Positions 1 through 12,130 of a stretch of 64,000 nt of DNA are shown one piece after another. How positions within the stretch are numbered: the stretch's first letter is position 1; every line of letters starts with the position of its first letter. The DNA comes from Heteronotia binoei (lineage: Eukaryota), in the NCBI RefSeq assembly GCF_032191835.1, contig NC_083227.1, positions 40,858,001 to 40,922,000 on the forward strand, read 5' to 3'. Position numbers and translations under genes: made by a program. Under the pieces are notes generated by a model. It did not search any database. It was not told the DNA's origin and saw only the letters and a list, made by a program, of their open reading frames with translations.

Positions 1-558
1 CTTTCCCCCACAAAAGCTCATGCTCTGCGTTCCTTTCATTATGCCAGCTCTACTAAAATTGCCTTAGCTTGCACTGAGAAATTTTGGGAGAAAGATGGGA
101 TTCATGGTGGGAAATCTATCACAGATCGTCCATCTCGAATAATTTACTACCCTAATCATGACTTCCCCAGTGGGCTTGGGGTGCTGCTGGTTTCTTACAC
201 CTGGCATGATGATGCTAACTTTTTTGTTCCCCTAACTGATGAAAAGTGCATTGATGTGGTCATGGATGACCTAGCAGAAGTCCACCAAGTGACCAAAGAT
301 TATCTCAGATCTGTTTGCACTAAGCATGTGATACAGAGATGGGCCCTAGACAAGTTTTCAATGGCAGCATTTGCTTCTCCTACTCCATACCAAATTAACC
401 ACTTTTTCAAGAGTTTGTCTAAGAATGAAGGAAGAATTTACTTTGCAGGAGAACATACAGCTCATCCCCATGCTTGGATTGATTCAGCAATGAAATCTGC
501 TATCAGGGCAGCCATTAGTATTCACCATGGTACCAACTATGTATTGCCACAGTTATAA
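1..558 (+). CDS. L-amino-acid oxidase (flavin amine oxidase, LAO1/IL4I1/LAAO family), C-terminal coding segment; 5' part lies upstream of the window
   Basis: Frame 1 is open from base 1: LSPTKAHALRSFHYASSTKIALACTEKFWEKDGIHGGKSITDRPSRIIYYPNHDF, continuing into ORF 181-558 with RIYFAGEHTAHPHAWIDSAMKSAIRAA. These match the LAAO motifs KAHALRSxHY, KFWExDGIHGGKS and the FAD-binding IYFAGE...HxWID. Confidence 0.95.
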   Translation, partial: LSPTKAHALRSFHYASSTKIALACTEKFWEKDGIHGGKSITDRPSRIIYYPNHDFPSGLGVLLVSYTWHDDANFFVPLTDEKCIDVVMDDLAEVHQVTKDYLRSVCTKHVIQRWALDKFSMAAFASPTPYQINHFFKSLSKNEGRIYFAGEHTAHPHAWIDSAMKSAIRAAISIHHGTNYVLPQL

Positions 559-581
559 CAGCAACCCGAAGTGATATCTAA

Positions 582-679
582 AAAGGTAAAAGTAGTCCCC
601 TGTGCAAGCACGAGTCATTTCCAACTCTGGGGTGACATTGCTTTCACAACATTTTCATGGCAGACTTTTTATGGGGTGG
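582..679 (+). mobile_element. Sauria-SINE-like 5' fragment in the LAAO 3' UTR
   Basis: Begins AAAGGTAAAAGTAGTCCCCTG...AGTCATTTCCAACTCTGGGG, resembling the Sauria SINE 5' end (from memory); truncated. Confidence 0.5.
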
Positions 680-1289
680 ATATCTAACCTTAATGAAAAA
701 TAGTGTCTCATTACTGTATCGGTACAGATCTCAACCTGCTATATGTTTGTAATGCTACGTGGCTTCTGAATCTCTTATTATAAAGGGCATGCTCTAGGAT
801 TTTTTCTAGTGAGGACTTTAGCTTTTTGAAGGCATCTCCTGTAAGAGATGCACAAAAGTCTGTTTTTTCTGTTGAGTTTCTGTAACTGTTGCAAATGAGC
901 ATTCAATTACTATATTGGTCAGATAGCAACTTGCTGTATGTTTATGACAATAGAGGGCATCTAATTTTTAGCACTGTATGAATGGGTCAATACAAATTCC
1001 TTCTTTATTCTTTTTCAGATTGACAGATAGCAATCACATTTAATCTCTTGCTGACTGTTCTTGATCCAAGCAGACTTTTCATGTAGCTGGTTTCTTTTTT
1101 TCTTTTGTAATTGCAGAGGTTAAAGGGAGGGGAACATACAAAGTCGAACTCTATAATGTCAGAGCATATCTGTGGTAGCAGTACACATACTTAAAAAACA
1201 ACATGTATTTAGTATGTCTTCCTATTCATGTATGATTAACATTAACATGTATGAATAACACTGATACATTATCACTGAAACAATCATGC

Positions 1290-1295
1290 AATAAA
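1290..1295 (+). promoter_or_regulatory. Candidate LAAO polyadenylation signal
   Basis: AATAAA about 730 bp after the stop codon, followed by GT-rich sequence. Confidence 0.35.
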
Positions 1296-2165
1296 TATAT
1301 ATCCTAAAGAAGTAGTACGCTGGTAATTCTTGTGAGTAGTGTAAAATATTTGCTGTCGATCTTATAATTAACACAATATGACTCACACAGAGAAGGCTGG
1401 GTTCATAAGTAAGAAACTACATCCAGGGCTGCAGTCAGATGGGCAGTTTGGTCTGATATACTTGCTGTTCCCTTATGGATTAAATGGGCTTGTTCACACA
1501 GCCGCATCTGGCACCCATTCCCCAGTCGCACTCACCATGTTGTATGAGGAGTTGGTTGTGAAGTAAACAGCCACTGGAAAAAGTCTGGTGCTTAAAGATG
1601 TCCATGCATTCATCTCACATTTCCAGATGTCTGAACTCCCCTCTTGTGACGTCAAGCTGATTGCACCAAGCCTCCAGTGTGACTGCAGCCTAGGAGGCTG
1701 GCAAGCAAAGCAAGCTCCTAGATTTGCAAACCTAATTCCCATTTTTCTTTGAGGTTTGAATCCCTACATTCTAGAGATAGTAGGATTAAAAACATCTTAC
1801 AAGGGAAGACCTCAGTGACATGAGAGGCTAACCCCCAATGGTTCAAATTCAACTAGTCAAACAATACTTGAACATGTAACATTCTGAACATTTTAAAAAA
1901 AATTTTTTTTTACAAAAATGAAACCAGGTCTGGTAGTAGTCTCTGCCTGATTTTTGTAAATATAATAGATTCTATAGTGAATGTTTTAAGGTCTTTTCAC
2001 ATATAGGCAATAATATAAAAGTGGTTTGGATGAGATATGTCACCAGAATTTGAATTGCAGTGGCATTTTAGCTTTTACAATAGCATGAATACCCTCATGT
2101 CAAATATATTGAAGCTTAAGCACAGACGCTAAGCCAGGGTATCCCAGTAACATTGATATAGCAAT

Positions 2166-2830
2166 TAAGGATGGGCATGGAATGGGAAAATGATGGTTTG
2201 TGTTGGTTCATGGTTCATTTGATTGCCCAAACTACTGCTTCATTTTGTTTAATGATTCATATGGTTGCCTCAACTGGTTCATGGCTTGTTGATTCTTTTG
2301 GTTAAGGAGGTGTGAAATTCACTGGAGGTCTACAGCAGGCTCTTCTCCAGTTTGGCAAAGACTGGATTTGGAATGTCCGAGTTATAGCCCCCCAAAGCAG
2401 GTGCCCCCAAGAAAGCTCATTTTCAGCTCTCATGACAACTAATTCTCTCTTCATGCCACAAAGTGAAAGCAGAAGAGTTTGGGTGTCTGCTCCCATAAAG
2501 CAGAATGAAAGCTCCATGACTGGCTCCCAGAGCTGCCAATCAATCTATGTACAATTGCTATGGGTGTTTCTAGGGCTCCCAGAAGTCCACCCCCAGCATT
2601 GCCTAGGAATTGATTGGATCAGTGTCAGACTGTCTGGGAAAATGAACCAAACGACTCACCAAGGAATAAAGGAGAATTCTAGTTTGGGAATGGTGCAAGC
2701 AAGCAAACTGGTTCAAAATGAACCACAAATTGGCCCAATTCATGCACAAATGTTGAAGAAACACTTCTGGGAAGCTGTTAACTGGTTCAAAACGAACCAC
2801 GAATTGGCCCAATTCATGCACAAGTGAGCA
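2166..2830. mobile_element. Partial non-autonomous DNA element (TAAGGATGGGCATG end; same family as 60338-61147)
   Basis: Left end matches the 60338 element. GTTCATG/ATGAAC-rich subterminal repeats and an internal ~45 bp duplication (2706-2751, 2780-2826). Right TIR and TSD not found. Confidence 0.35.
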
Positions 2831-2861
2831 AGCAGAGGTGATTTACTATTGCCATCCTCTT

Positions 2862-3274
2862 CATAGAATCATAGAGTTGGAAGGGGCCCCTAGGGTCATC
2901 TAGTCTAACCCCCTGCACAATGCAGGAAACTCACAAACACCTCCCCCTAAATTCACAGGATCTTCATTGCTGTCAGATGGCCATCTAGCCTCTGTTTAAA
3001 AACCTCCAAGGAAGTCCACAATCTCCCAAGGAAGCCTGTTCCACTGTGGAATCGCTCTAACCGTCAGGAAGTTCTTTCTAATGTTGAGCCAGAAACTTTT
3101 TAAATTTCAACCCACTGGTTCTGATCCTACCTTCCAGGGCCACAGAAAACAATTCCACACCATTCTCTATATGACAGTCCTTCAAGTACTTGAAGATGGT
3201 GATCATATCACCTGTCAGCCGCCTCCTCTCCAGGCTAAACATTCCCAGCTCCTTTAACCTTTCCTCAGAGGACT
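2862..3274 (-). mobile_element. CR1 LINE 3' fragment
   Basis: Minus strand reads EERLKELGMFSLERRRLTGDMITIFKYLK and ends in a CTCTATGATTCTATGA-type tail. Confidence 0.85.
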
Positions 3275-6175
3275 TACCTTATATATAGTTATCTTAAGCC
3301 GTCCCACATCTCACTTTCTGAAGAGTCAAAACTTATAGTAATCCTGTAAGGGTGGCCTGTGTTAGCAATGAACAAATGTACGCTTTCCCTTTTCTTTCTA
3401 TATGTTGTTATTATGAATGGTTTTGGTGTGCTGATGTTTGTTGTTGGCATTGATGATGTGCCTATTTCTTTTACAACACTGATACATGTATACAATTTAT
3501 ATCCAATCTGTATGTGCATTGTACATCATATATAAACATAAATACACAATGCCACTGAAAATCGTTCAATATATAAGAACTTACCTGCTTTTATGTTGCC
3601 TTAAAAAAGGTGTTCACAACTGCACACACTTCATTTGAAAACTGCAATGGCAAGCAACAGTCTGCATGTTTGAAAATGGCCTATTCAAATCAAGGACCAC
3701 AAGCAGGGCTTTCTTATCACCAGACATTGACTCAAATACCATCATTTATAATGCAAGAAAGAGTTGCCAATATTGTGCATCTATTTGTGAATGGATTGCA
3801 AATGGATTCTCCAGTGAAGCATGGTCTTACACCTGCTGTGGCAAAGGAAATCTCAGACGTTGAAGCGTCAGTTAAGTCTATAGGATTTATTCTGTTTCAA
3901 TCACCATGTGTTTGCATTACTACATTGCAGATCTGATTGCTTTACATACTGATGTAAAATTACTTCAAGCTAATCAAACAGCCAAGTGCACAGAAACAAT
4001 GTATTTTCTGTTCTGAGCATGTTTTCATTTGCTAATTCTCAATCAGCATCTCATTTAAAGTTCTTTAATTATAACTTTCATTAAGGCCCACTGGTACTTA
4101 TTAACTAGTAAGTGTTGTTTTGCCAAACCTAAGGTGTTTTTTTCCTGAAAATATCTCAAGGGAGAACACTTCAGCTAATGAGGATTTTTTTACTTCTGGG
4201 AGCTAGTTACCTGTTGAAGGAACACTTCTACGAAGCTAAGTTATTTTGGACTCCTGAAAAAGTTAATATTTGAAACATCTAATGATAGTTTTTCAACACA
4301 GTTGTAAGTTTGCTTGCAATGGTTTTGATTAGATTGTTTTTAATTCCCGTCAGGATAATTATCCTAGCCGTAGCTTATCAGATAATGAGATGTTTCTAAA
4401 ATATATACAGATTCCAACTTATTGCATTCTGTGTGGGAAACCACCTTATTATAAATAGCTTCACTTTTCCCCTTCTTTAGTTATTTTCTAATTATTGTTT
4501 AAACTGGAATTTTCACTAAATAATATCTTAATTATCAACTTTTCTTCTTCTCTCTTTGGATCTATATAGTTCATCTTTGCATGTATGCATGGTAGTACTG
4601 AAAAACAATGCTTAAACTGAAAGCTATAACTTGGAAAGTTGATTCAGCTTCTGCCAGTACTGTACTCATAACTTATTGCAATAAAGTGTTATTTGTTTGA
4701 ATTTGCATTGCTTGAACTAGTGCTGCTTCCAAGTTCCTTGGTGTGTATCTTGGCTTTGAAAAACCATTTAAGTTCCTTTTAATTTGCATTTGCAAAGCCA
4801 AACTGCCCATGTACTTGCAGAGTTGTGTCGCTGCAGTGGCACAACTCTGTGAGTCAAACATTTAAACTTTAAATACCTTCTTTTTCCAAGTCATACTGCA
4901 GTGGCAGCACACCTCAGCAAGTGAAGGGAAGGCATTTAAACCAATCAGTTGATGGGTGGAACCACCGCGCTCTTCGGTTTAAATGGGAGGAAACCATTTC
5001 AGCGTTCCCTTTTGCTCCCCCCTCTCCAGAGTGGGGAGCAGTGAAACGGAGGGATTTAATGCCTTTTTGCCATGTAAAGGGAACTTTGCCAAATAAATTT
5101 GGCAATATCGATTATTTCCCAAATCCCAATATACTGATATTTTCTAGATTGGCAATTTTTTTTGTGCATGCCCTAGAACAGGAATGAGTTTAGTGTTCTG
5201 GCCCCCACCCCCACCTCCAAGAGATCACCAGCTGGTGAGCATGGTGCCTATATGGTAAGAAAGTGTACCCATGTATGCTCCTTCCTTGTGATCAGGAAAA
5301 TTTGGAAAGCAGAGTCCCTGATCATGGAGAGGGAGCACATGAGCATACACTTTCTCTGCAGGTGGTTAACAAAGAACAACCGTAATAAAGGATACATTGT
5401 TGAAAAGGCCATTATCTGATCAAACAGCAGGTGAGTATGGATGCAAAAGTTCATTCTTAGCCTTTACTGAAATCCTGGAAGCATAAGAAGGCCTTTGTTC
5501 TCTTCCTAAAAGATGACCATGGCCAAGTTCAGCAGGATTTTCTTGAAAGGAAGTTCCATAAAGGAGGCTGTTAAATAGAAAAGCTCCAGTGGTGGCTCAA
5601 CAAGGGTTGCTGTTTGAAACTACATCCCATACCCAGCTGCCATTCCTTGCCATTACCTCCCTGAGCGCAGCATTATTATGCCAGCTCCAGGTGCAATCAG
5701 AAGTGACATCATGATGACATCCTGCAATGTTGCTCCATCCCCCTTTTTCTTCCTGCTGAAACAAAGAGACCAGCTGGCAATCATTCCGCCATTTAAATGC
5801 CATCCAATACTGATGTAGAATCTGTGGTTGAAAATAAGAGCTGAGTGTCATCAATGTAAAAAGATGATTCCAAACCTGTAGACATCAGTGCCATCAGGCA
5901 ATAATGGAAATTTCTCCCCCTGCACAGCTGTGGCCATGGATACTTTTATCTTCCTGTTTCAGCAGTGGCTGAAGGAATATACAGAAGCAGTCCATATAGA
6001 AATTCCCAGTCATGATTCTTAGTGGTTAAGCTTGATGGAAACTGCCATCTTGAGAAACAGGAAGGCAAACAGAGATTCTAGACGTGTTTAGGAGGTTACA
6101 ATGAACACATGCACATCCTGCCTGTAGGTACATATATCTGTTTGTACAAATGAACTTTCACACATTCACTTTAAT

Positions 6176-6260
6176 AATAATAATAATAATAAACTTTTAT
6201 TTATATCCCGCCCTCCCCGCCAGGGCAGGCTCAGGGCGGCTCACAGGACATGGCTCATAC
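6176..6260 (-). mobile_element. L2-type 3' tail with simple-repeat end
   Basis: (AAT)n then TTTATTTATATCCCGCCCTCCCC...CTCAGGGCGGCTCAC, the reverse complement of the L2 end seen at 28735-28813. Confidence 0.6.
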
Positions 6261-6439
6261 CATGATTATAATAAAATACAATTAATACAGTAAAATACAG
6301 TTAAAATGCAATTAGATAAATAATTTAAAACTAATATAAATTGAAGGTGCTACAGTACAATACTTTATGAATGAAACCAGGAACCAGTGTCTGTATAAAT
6401 GTGGGATTTCTATCAGATGTTCAACTGTACATGCACTGA

Positions 6440-6680
6440 ATGGAGCAGAGGTCCATCAGTGGCTGTTAGCTACAGCGTATTGATCGAACTCTCTGTCTGG
6501 GGCAGTGATGCTCTGTATGCTTGGTGCTTGTGGGGGGCAGTGGGAGGGCTTCTAGTCTCCTGGCCCCACTGATGGACCTCCTGATGGCACCTGGGTTTTT
6601 TTGGCCACTGTGTGACAGAGTGTTGGACTGGATGGGCCATTGGCCTGATCCAACATGGCTACTTTTATGTTCTTATGTTA
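6440..6680 (+). mobile_element. CR1 LINE 3' UTR fragment
   Basis: Collinear with 22690-22937 (GGAGCAGAGGTCCATCAGTGGCT...TGATCCAACATGGCT...TTATGTTCTTATG). Confidence 0.85.
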
Positions 6681-7342
6681 ATGTAACATGAGAATTACTG
6701 AACATGTGTTATAAACAAAAATCAAAGGTACAGTGTATACAGATAGTACATTCACTGTTACTTGTGAACAGATCTACTGTTGATGAAGGGACCCAAAATA
6801 GGAGGCCATTATTTACCTAGTGGTAACATTTGGTCTATACACGTTCAAAAATAGGAAGTCATCATAGACATGATTTCTGTTCTGCAAAGTGCAGTCCTTC
6901 AGAACAGCCTTTATTCGTGAGAACCATCTATCTATAGAGGTATTGTTAATATAGTCATTTACACAGCTTTTGATCAACTAAGAGCTTCAAGAGATTCCCT
7001 TCTCCCCCCTGGTCATGATGGAATGGTCTCATTACACGTGTGTGGAGGCTAGGCTACTACATATCTGGGGGACAGTGGACAATATATCTGGAAACTTCCA
7101 CACATGTCTTGTTAGGCCTGGCATTTTGAGATCTGGAATGGAATCCAAGCCCACCCAGAATTCAAAAACTGCTTTTGCAGTTTGAGGCAGAAATCCAGAG
7201 AAAATTTCCAGTTCTGCCAAATCATATCTAGAACAAAACCCATCCCTTTTGTTAATGTTAAGGTTCCATTTTCATGGATGCAAATATTCAAGGTGGTTTT
7301 ACATCAAATAAATGATAAAGTATAACCAAGCCTTTTAACTAT

Positions 7343-7630
7343 AAGAAGATAAGAAGAAGAAGATATTGGATTTATATCCCGCCCTCCACTCCGAAGAGTC
7401 TCAGAGCAGCTCACAATCTCCTTTACCTTCCTCCCCCACAACAGACACCATGTGAGGTGGGTGGGGCTGGAGAGGGCTCTCACAGCAGCTGCCCTTTCAA
7501 GGACAACCTCTGCCAGAGCTATGGCTGACCCAAGGCCATGCTAGCAGGTGCAAGTGGAGGAGTGGGGAATCAAACCCGGTTCTCCCAGATAAGAGTCCGC
7601 ACACTTAACCACTACACCAAACTGGCTCTC
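7343..7630 (-). mobile_element. tRNA-derived SINE (Squam3-like)
   Basis: Reverse complement starts GAGAGCCAGTTTGGTGTAGTGGTTAAG (A box), has GGTTTGATTCC (B box), an L2-like GGGCGGGATATAAAT end and a (TTC)n tail. Confidence 0.85.
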
Positions 7631-8196
7631 CACATTTAAATTCATTTAATTTAGATATATGGTCATATATTTTATATATGCAAGTACATTTCCTGTTTTC
7701 CCTACACAGGAAACCATGTTTAAGGACATAATGTGAGGACATCTCGGTGTTCAAGTATAATCTGGTGTTTTATCCACGACCTGTTTGTTTTAAAGTACCG
7801 GTAATATTGTAAGCTACTTTGAAAACCTTTCAAGGCTGAGAGATGGATCTATTAGTTAACTATGATACTGCTTTGTTTTTGGTGGGTTTTTTTGGTTGGT
7901 TGGTATATATACCTGAAACAACTTTATTCCAAACATTCCTTTTTGTGGACTTCAGCATCAGAAATTCTTTCGATATTCTGAATGTGCAAATAATTTCCAA
8001 ATAGTTGATATTCATCTAGTTGCTCACATATTTGCCATATAGTTTCGGATCATCTGATATGATAGTTGATAAATGACAGGCATGATAGCTGAGATGCAAT
8101 GGTATTTAGTAATTCAGTACTGATAGCTGATATGCAGACAGGTATATTGTTCCCCAGGTATATTGCCCATTTGCCTAACCCAGATAGCCCTGGCTA

Positions 8197-8228
8197 GCCT
8201 GATCTCACCAGATCTCAGAAGCTAAGCA
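8197..8228 (+). other. 5S rRNA-derived fragment (SINE head or pseudogene piece) cut by CR1
   Basis: GCCTGATCTCACCAGATCTCAGAAGCTAAGCA resembles vertebrate 5S rRNA GCCCGATCTCGTCTGATCTCGGAAGCTAAGCA and stops at the CR1 tail. Confidence 0.55.
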
Positions 8229-11200
8229 TAAGAACATAAGAGAAGCCATGTTAGATCAGGCCAATGGCCCATCCAGTCCAACACTCTGTGTTACACAGTG
8301 GCCAAAAATTTATATATATATATATACACACATACATACACACATACACAAACACACACAAACTGTGGCTAATAGCCACTGATGGACCTCTGCTCCATAT
8401 TTTTATCTAAACCCCTCTTGAAGGTGGCTATGCTTGTGGCCGCCACCACCTCCTGTGGCAGTGAATCACCCTTTGGGTGAAGAAGTACTTCCTTTTATCC
8501 GTTTTAACCTGTCTGCTGAGCAATTTCATTGAATGCCCACGAGTTCTTGTATTGTGAGAAAGGGAGAAAAGTACTTCTTTCTCTACTTTCTCCATCCCAT
8601 GCATTATCTTGTAAACCTCTATCATGTCACCCCGCAGTCGACGTTTCTCCAAGCTAAAGAGCCCCAAGCGTTCAACCTTTCTTCATAGGGAGAGTGTTCC
8701 AGCCCTTTAATCATTCTAGTTACCCTTTTCTGGACTTTCTCCAATGCTATAATATCCTTTTTTGAGGTGCGGCGACCAGAACTGCACACAGTACTCCAAA
8801 TGAGACCGCACCATCGATTTATACAGGGGCATTATGATACTGGCTGATGTGTTTTCAATTCCCTTCCTAATAATTCCCAGCATGGCATTGGCCTTTTTTT
8901 ACTGCAAACGCACACTGTCTTGACATTTTCAGTGAGTTATCTACCACTACCCCAAGATCTCTCTCTTGGTCAGTCTCTGTCAGTTTACACCCCATCAACT
9001 TGTATTTGTAGCTGGGATTCTTGGCCCCAATGTGCATTACTTTGCACTTGGCCACATTGAACCGCATCTGCCATGTTGACGCCCACTCACCCAGCCTCAA
9101 CAGATCCCTTTGGAGTTCCTCACAATCCTCTCTGGTTCTCACCACCCTGAACAATTTAGTATCATCCGCAAACTTGGCCACTTCACTGCTCACTCCCAAC
9201 TCCAAATCATTTATGAACAAGTTAAAGAGCATGGGACCCAGTACCGAGCCCTGCGGCACCCCACTGCTTACCGTCCTCCACTGCGAAGACTGACCATTTA
9301 TACTCTCTCTGCTTCCTATTACTCAGCCAGTTTTTGATCCACAAGAGGACCTGTCCTTTTACTCCATGACTCTCAAGCTTTCTAAGGAGCCTTTGATGAG
9401 GAACTTTATCAAAAACTTTCTGGAAGTCAAGGTAACATCTATCGGGTCTCATTTGTCCTCATGTTTGTTCACCCCCTCAAAGAAATGTAACAGGTTAGTG
9501 AGGCAAGATCTTCCCTTACAGAACCCATGCTGAGTCTTCCTCAATAACCCGTGTTCATCAATGTGCCTACTCATTCTGTCCTTGATAATGCTTTCTACCA
9601 ACTTTCCCGGTATTGAAGTCAGACTGACTGGCCTGTAATTTCCCTGATCTTTTCTGCAACCCTTTTTAAACATGGGGGTGACATTTGCTACCTTCCACTT
9701 CTCAGGAATGGAGGCAGATTTCAATGAAAGATTACAGATTTTTGTTAGAAGATCCAGAAGTTCAACTTTGAGTTCTTTCAGAACTCTCAGATGTATGCCA
9801 TCCGGACCCGGTGACTTATTAGTTTTTAATTTGTCTATCAGTTGTAGGACCACCTCTTTTGTCACCTAATCTGACTCAGGTTTTTCATCACCCCTTCCAA
9901 AATTAGTGGTTCTGGGGTGGGCAAAAAGTTCTCATCTTCCACAGTGAAGACGGAGGCAAAAAATTCATTCAGCTTCTCAGCCATTTCCTTATCCTCCTTC
10001 AGTAATCCTTTTACCCCATGGTCATCCAAGGGCCCCACTGCCTCCCTGGCTGGTTTCCTACTTCTAATATATTTGAAGAAATGTTTATTGTTGGTCTTTA
10101 TGTTTTTTGCAATATGCTCCTCATAGTCCCTTTTTGCCTGCCTTATCACAGTCTTGCATTTGATTTGCCACAGCCTGTGTTCCCTTTTACTAATCTCACT
10201 TGGACTGGTTTTCCACCGCTTAAAGGAGTCCTTCCTACCTTTTACAGCTTCCATTACTTTGTTTGTTAACCTCGCAGGCCTTTTCTTATGCCTGTTTGTG
10301 CCTTTCCTAACTTGTGGTATGTATTTTATCTGAGCTTCTAGGATTATAGTTTTAAATAGTCTCCAAGCTTCCCCAAGGGATTTACCTTTCCTTTCAGTTT
10401 CCTCCTCACATGCCTCCTCATCTCAGTGTATTTACCCCTTTTAAAGTTAAACGTGGTTGTGGCGTTCTTTTTGGACAACTCCCTATTTATACAAACGGTG
10501 AAATCAATAACATTATGGTCACTGCTCCCAAGCGGTGCAATCACTTTTACATCTCTCACCAAGTCTTGGGCATTACTTAGGACCAAATCCAGAATCGTCC
10601 CACCCCTGGTAGGTTCTGAAACCATCTGCTCCATAGCACAGTCATTGAGAGAATCAAGAAACTCAATCTCTTTCTCTCGACCAGAACACATATTGACCCA
10701 ATCAATCTGTGGGTAGTTAAAATCACCTATTACGACACAGTTTTTACATTTCACTGCTATCTTTAAGCCTTCCATCATATTATAATCGTCCTCTCTCTTT
10801 TGATTTGGTGGGCGATAACAAACTCCTATAGTTAAATTTCCTTTTGGGCCCTCTATTTCAACCCAAAGCATTTCTAAAAGTGAATCTAATTCTCTGACCT
10901 CAGTCTTACTGGACCGTATATCCTCTCTGACATACAGAGCCACCCCACCGCCAACCCTTGCCTCCCTATCCTTCCGATATAACTTATATCCAGGAATCAC
11001 CGTGTCCCACTGCTTCTCCTCATTCCACCAAGTTTCTGAAATTCCCACAATGTCTATGTTTTCTCGCAACACTAAACATTCCAATTCACCAATTTTACTT
11101 CGAACACTTCTAGCATTTGCATACAAACATCTATAATTTCCCAGGCAAGCTAGGCCTGCCACCTTCCTCCTGCCGCCTTGAGACTCTGGCAGACAGTCCA

Positions 11201-11722
11201 TACTGTTTGTCACCATCACAGTGGACAACTCTGGTCCATTACCCGGTAGAAAAATAGCAGCCAACACTTCATCTCTTTGAGACGAGTCCTCCCGAACCAG
11301 AGACATTTCATCTCCTGTCGGCTTTCTCCGAAGATTTAGTTTAAAAACTGCTCTGCCACCTTTTTGATTTTAAGCGCCAGCAGCCTGGTTCCATCCGGGG
11401 ACAAGTGGAGACTGTCTCTTTTGTACAGCTCTTGCTTGTTCCAGAAACCATCCCAGTGCCTAACAAACTTAAACCCTTCCTCCTTACACCATCGTCTCAT
11501 CCACACATTGAGACTTCTAATTTGTGCCTGTCTCTCCTGCCCTGCACGTGGAACAGGTAGCACTTCTGAGAAGGCTACCTTGGAAGTCCTGGCCTTAAGT
11601 CTCCCACCTAGCAGCCTAAATTTTTTTCTCCAGGACCTCACGACTGCATTTCCCCACATCGTTGGTGCCAACATGAACCACGACCACAGGCTCCTCCCCA
11701 GCACTGTCTATCAGCCTATCTA
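8229..11722 (-). mobile_element. CR1 LINE, 5'-truncated in ORF1, with disrupted ORF2
   Basis: ORF1 SGNH esterase end (VHVGTNDVG, DSLHL; 11336-11704), APE endonuclease (YANARS, ISETWW, GDFNYP, SSDH; 10344-11306), RT pieces (QHGFCKGRSCLTNL, YLDFQKVFD, PQGSVLGP, KFADD) and a TTCTTATGTTCTTA tail. Several frameshifts and stops. Confidence 0.95.
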
Positions 11723-11729
11723 CTACAAA

Positions 11730-12130
11730 CGAGGACGATGGGGAAGGGGACCCTCAACTGGCCAAGAATCAGGGATGTATCTAAGCAGCAGGAATGGGGT
11801 ACTGCTAGATGCTCACCTGTGGGGAGCTGGGTCACAGGTCATAAGGACTACCTTGAGCCCTTAGGGAATGGGAGGTACAGGGGTGGATGAGAGGTAGTCA
11901 GCTGGTACATGACTTCAGAAAAAGGGGAGGCTCCACAATGACCATAAGGGCTGGCCTTATGCGGTAGCCAATAGCCAGTTTATTGGGGGCACCTGATTGG
12001 ATGCCCATACCTGGCCAATGAGCAGACCCAGCCCTGGTTACCTGATTGGACTTCCAGGTAACAATGGGCCAAAGCAGGAGGCTCCAGGATGACCATTAAG
12101 GGAAAGAATGGGAGAAATTATTGGGGTGAA
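11730..12130. other. GC-rich LTR-like segment with clustered CCAAT boxes
   Basis: Five CCAAT/ATTGG motifs in 11968-12049 and a repeated GGAGGCTCCAxxATGACCA(T)TAAGGG at about 11927 and 12078. No LTR termini identified. Confidence 0.3.

Noticed and set aside
3610-3936. 108 aa plus-strand ORF
   Set aside because: No recognisable domain; the minus strand shows faint LINE RT traces (KALLVVLDLN), so it is probably the antisense of an ancient LINE.
4701-4945. Two exact octamers ATTTGCAT (4701, 4782) and a CCAAT (4941)
   Set aside because: Short motifs in AT-rich DNA with no associated gene or snRNA; chance cannot be excluded.
7343-7630. tRNA gene (A and B boxes), also at 47611 and 48433
   Set aside because: The boxes belong to SINE heads followed by a SINE body and LINE-like tail; no full cloverleaf.
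8197-8228. 5S rRNA gene
   Set aside because: Only about 32 bp with mismatches; a derived fragment, not a gene.
9021-11864. Plus-strand ORFs opposite the CR1 (9021, 9110, 9917, 10426, 11364)
   Set aside because: Antisense shadows of CR1 coding sequence; the same applies to shadow ORFs over the ORs, Gypsy and L1.
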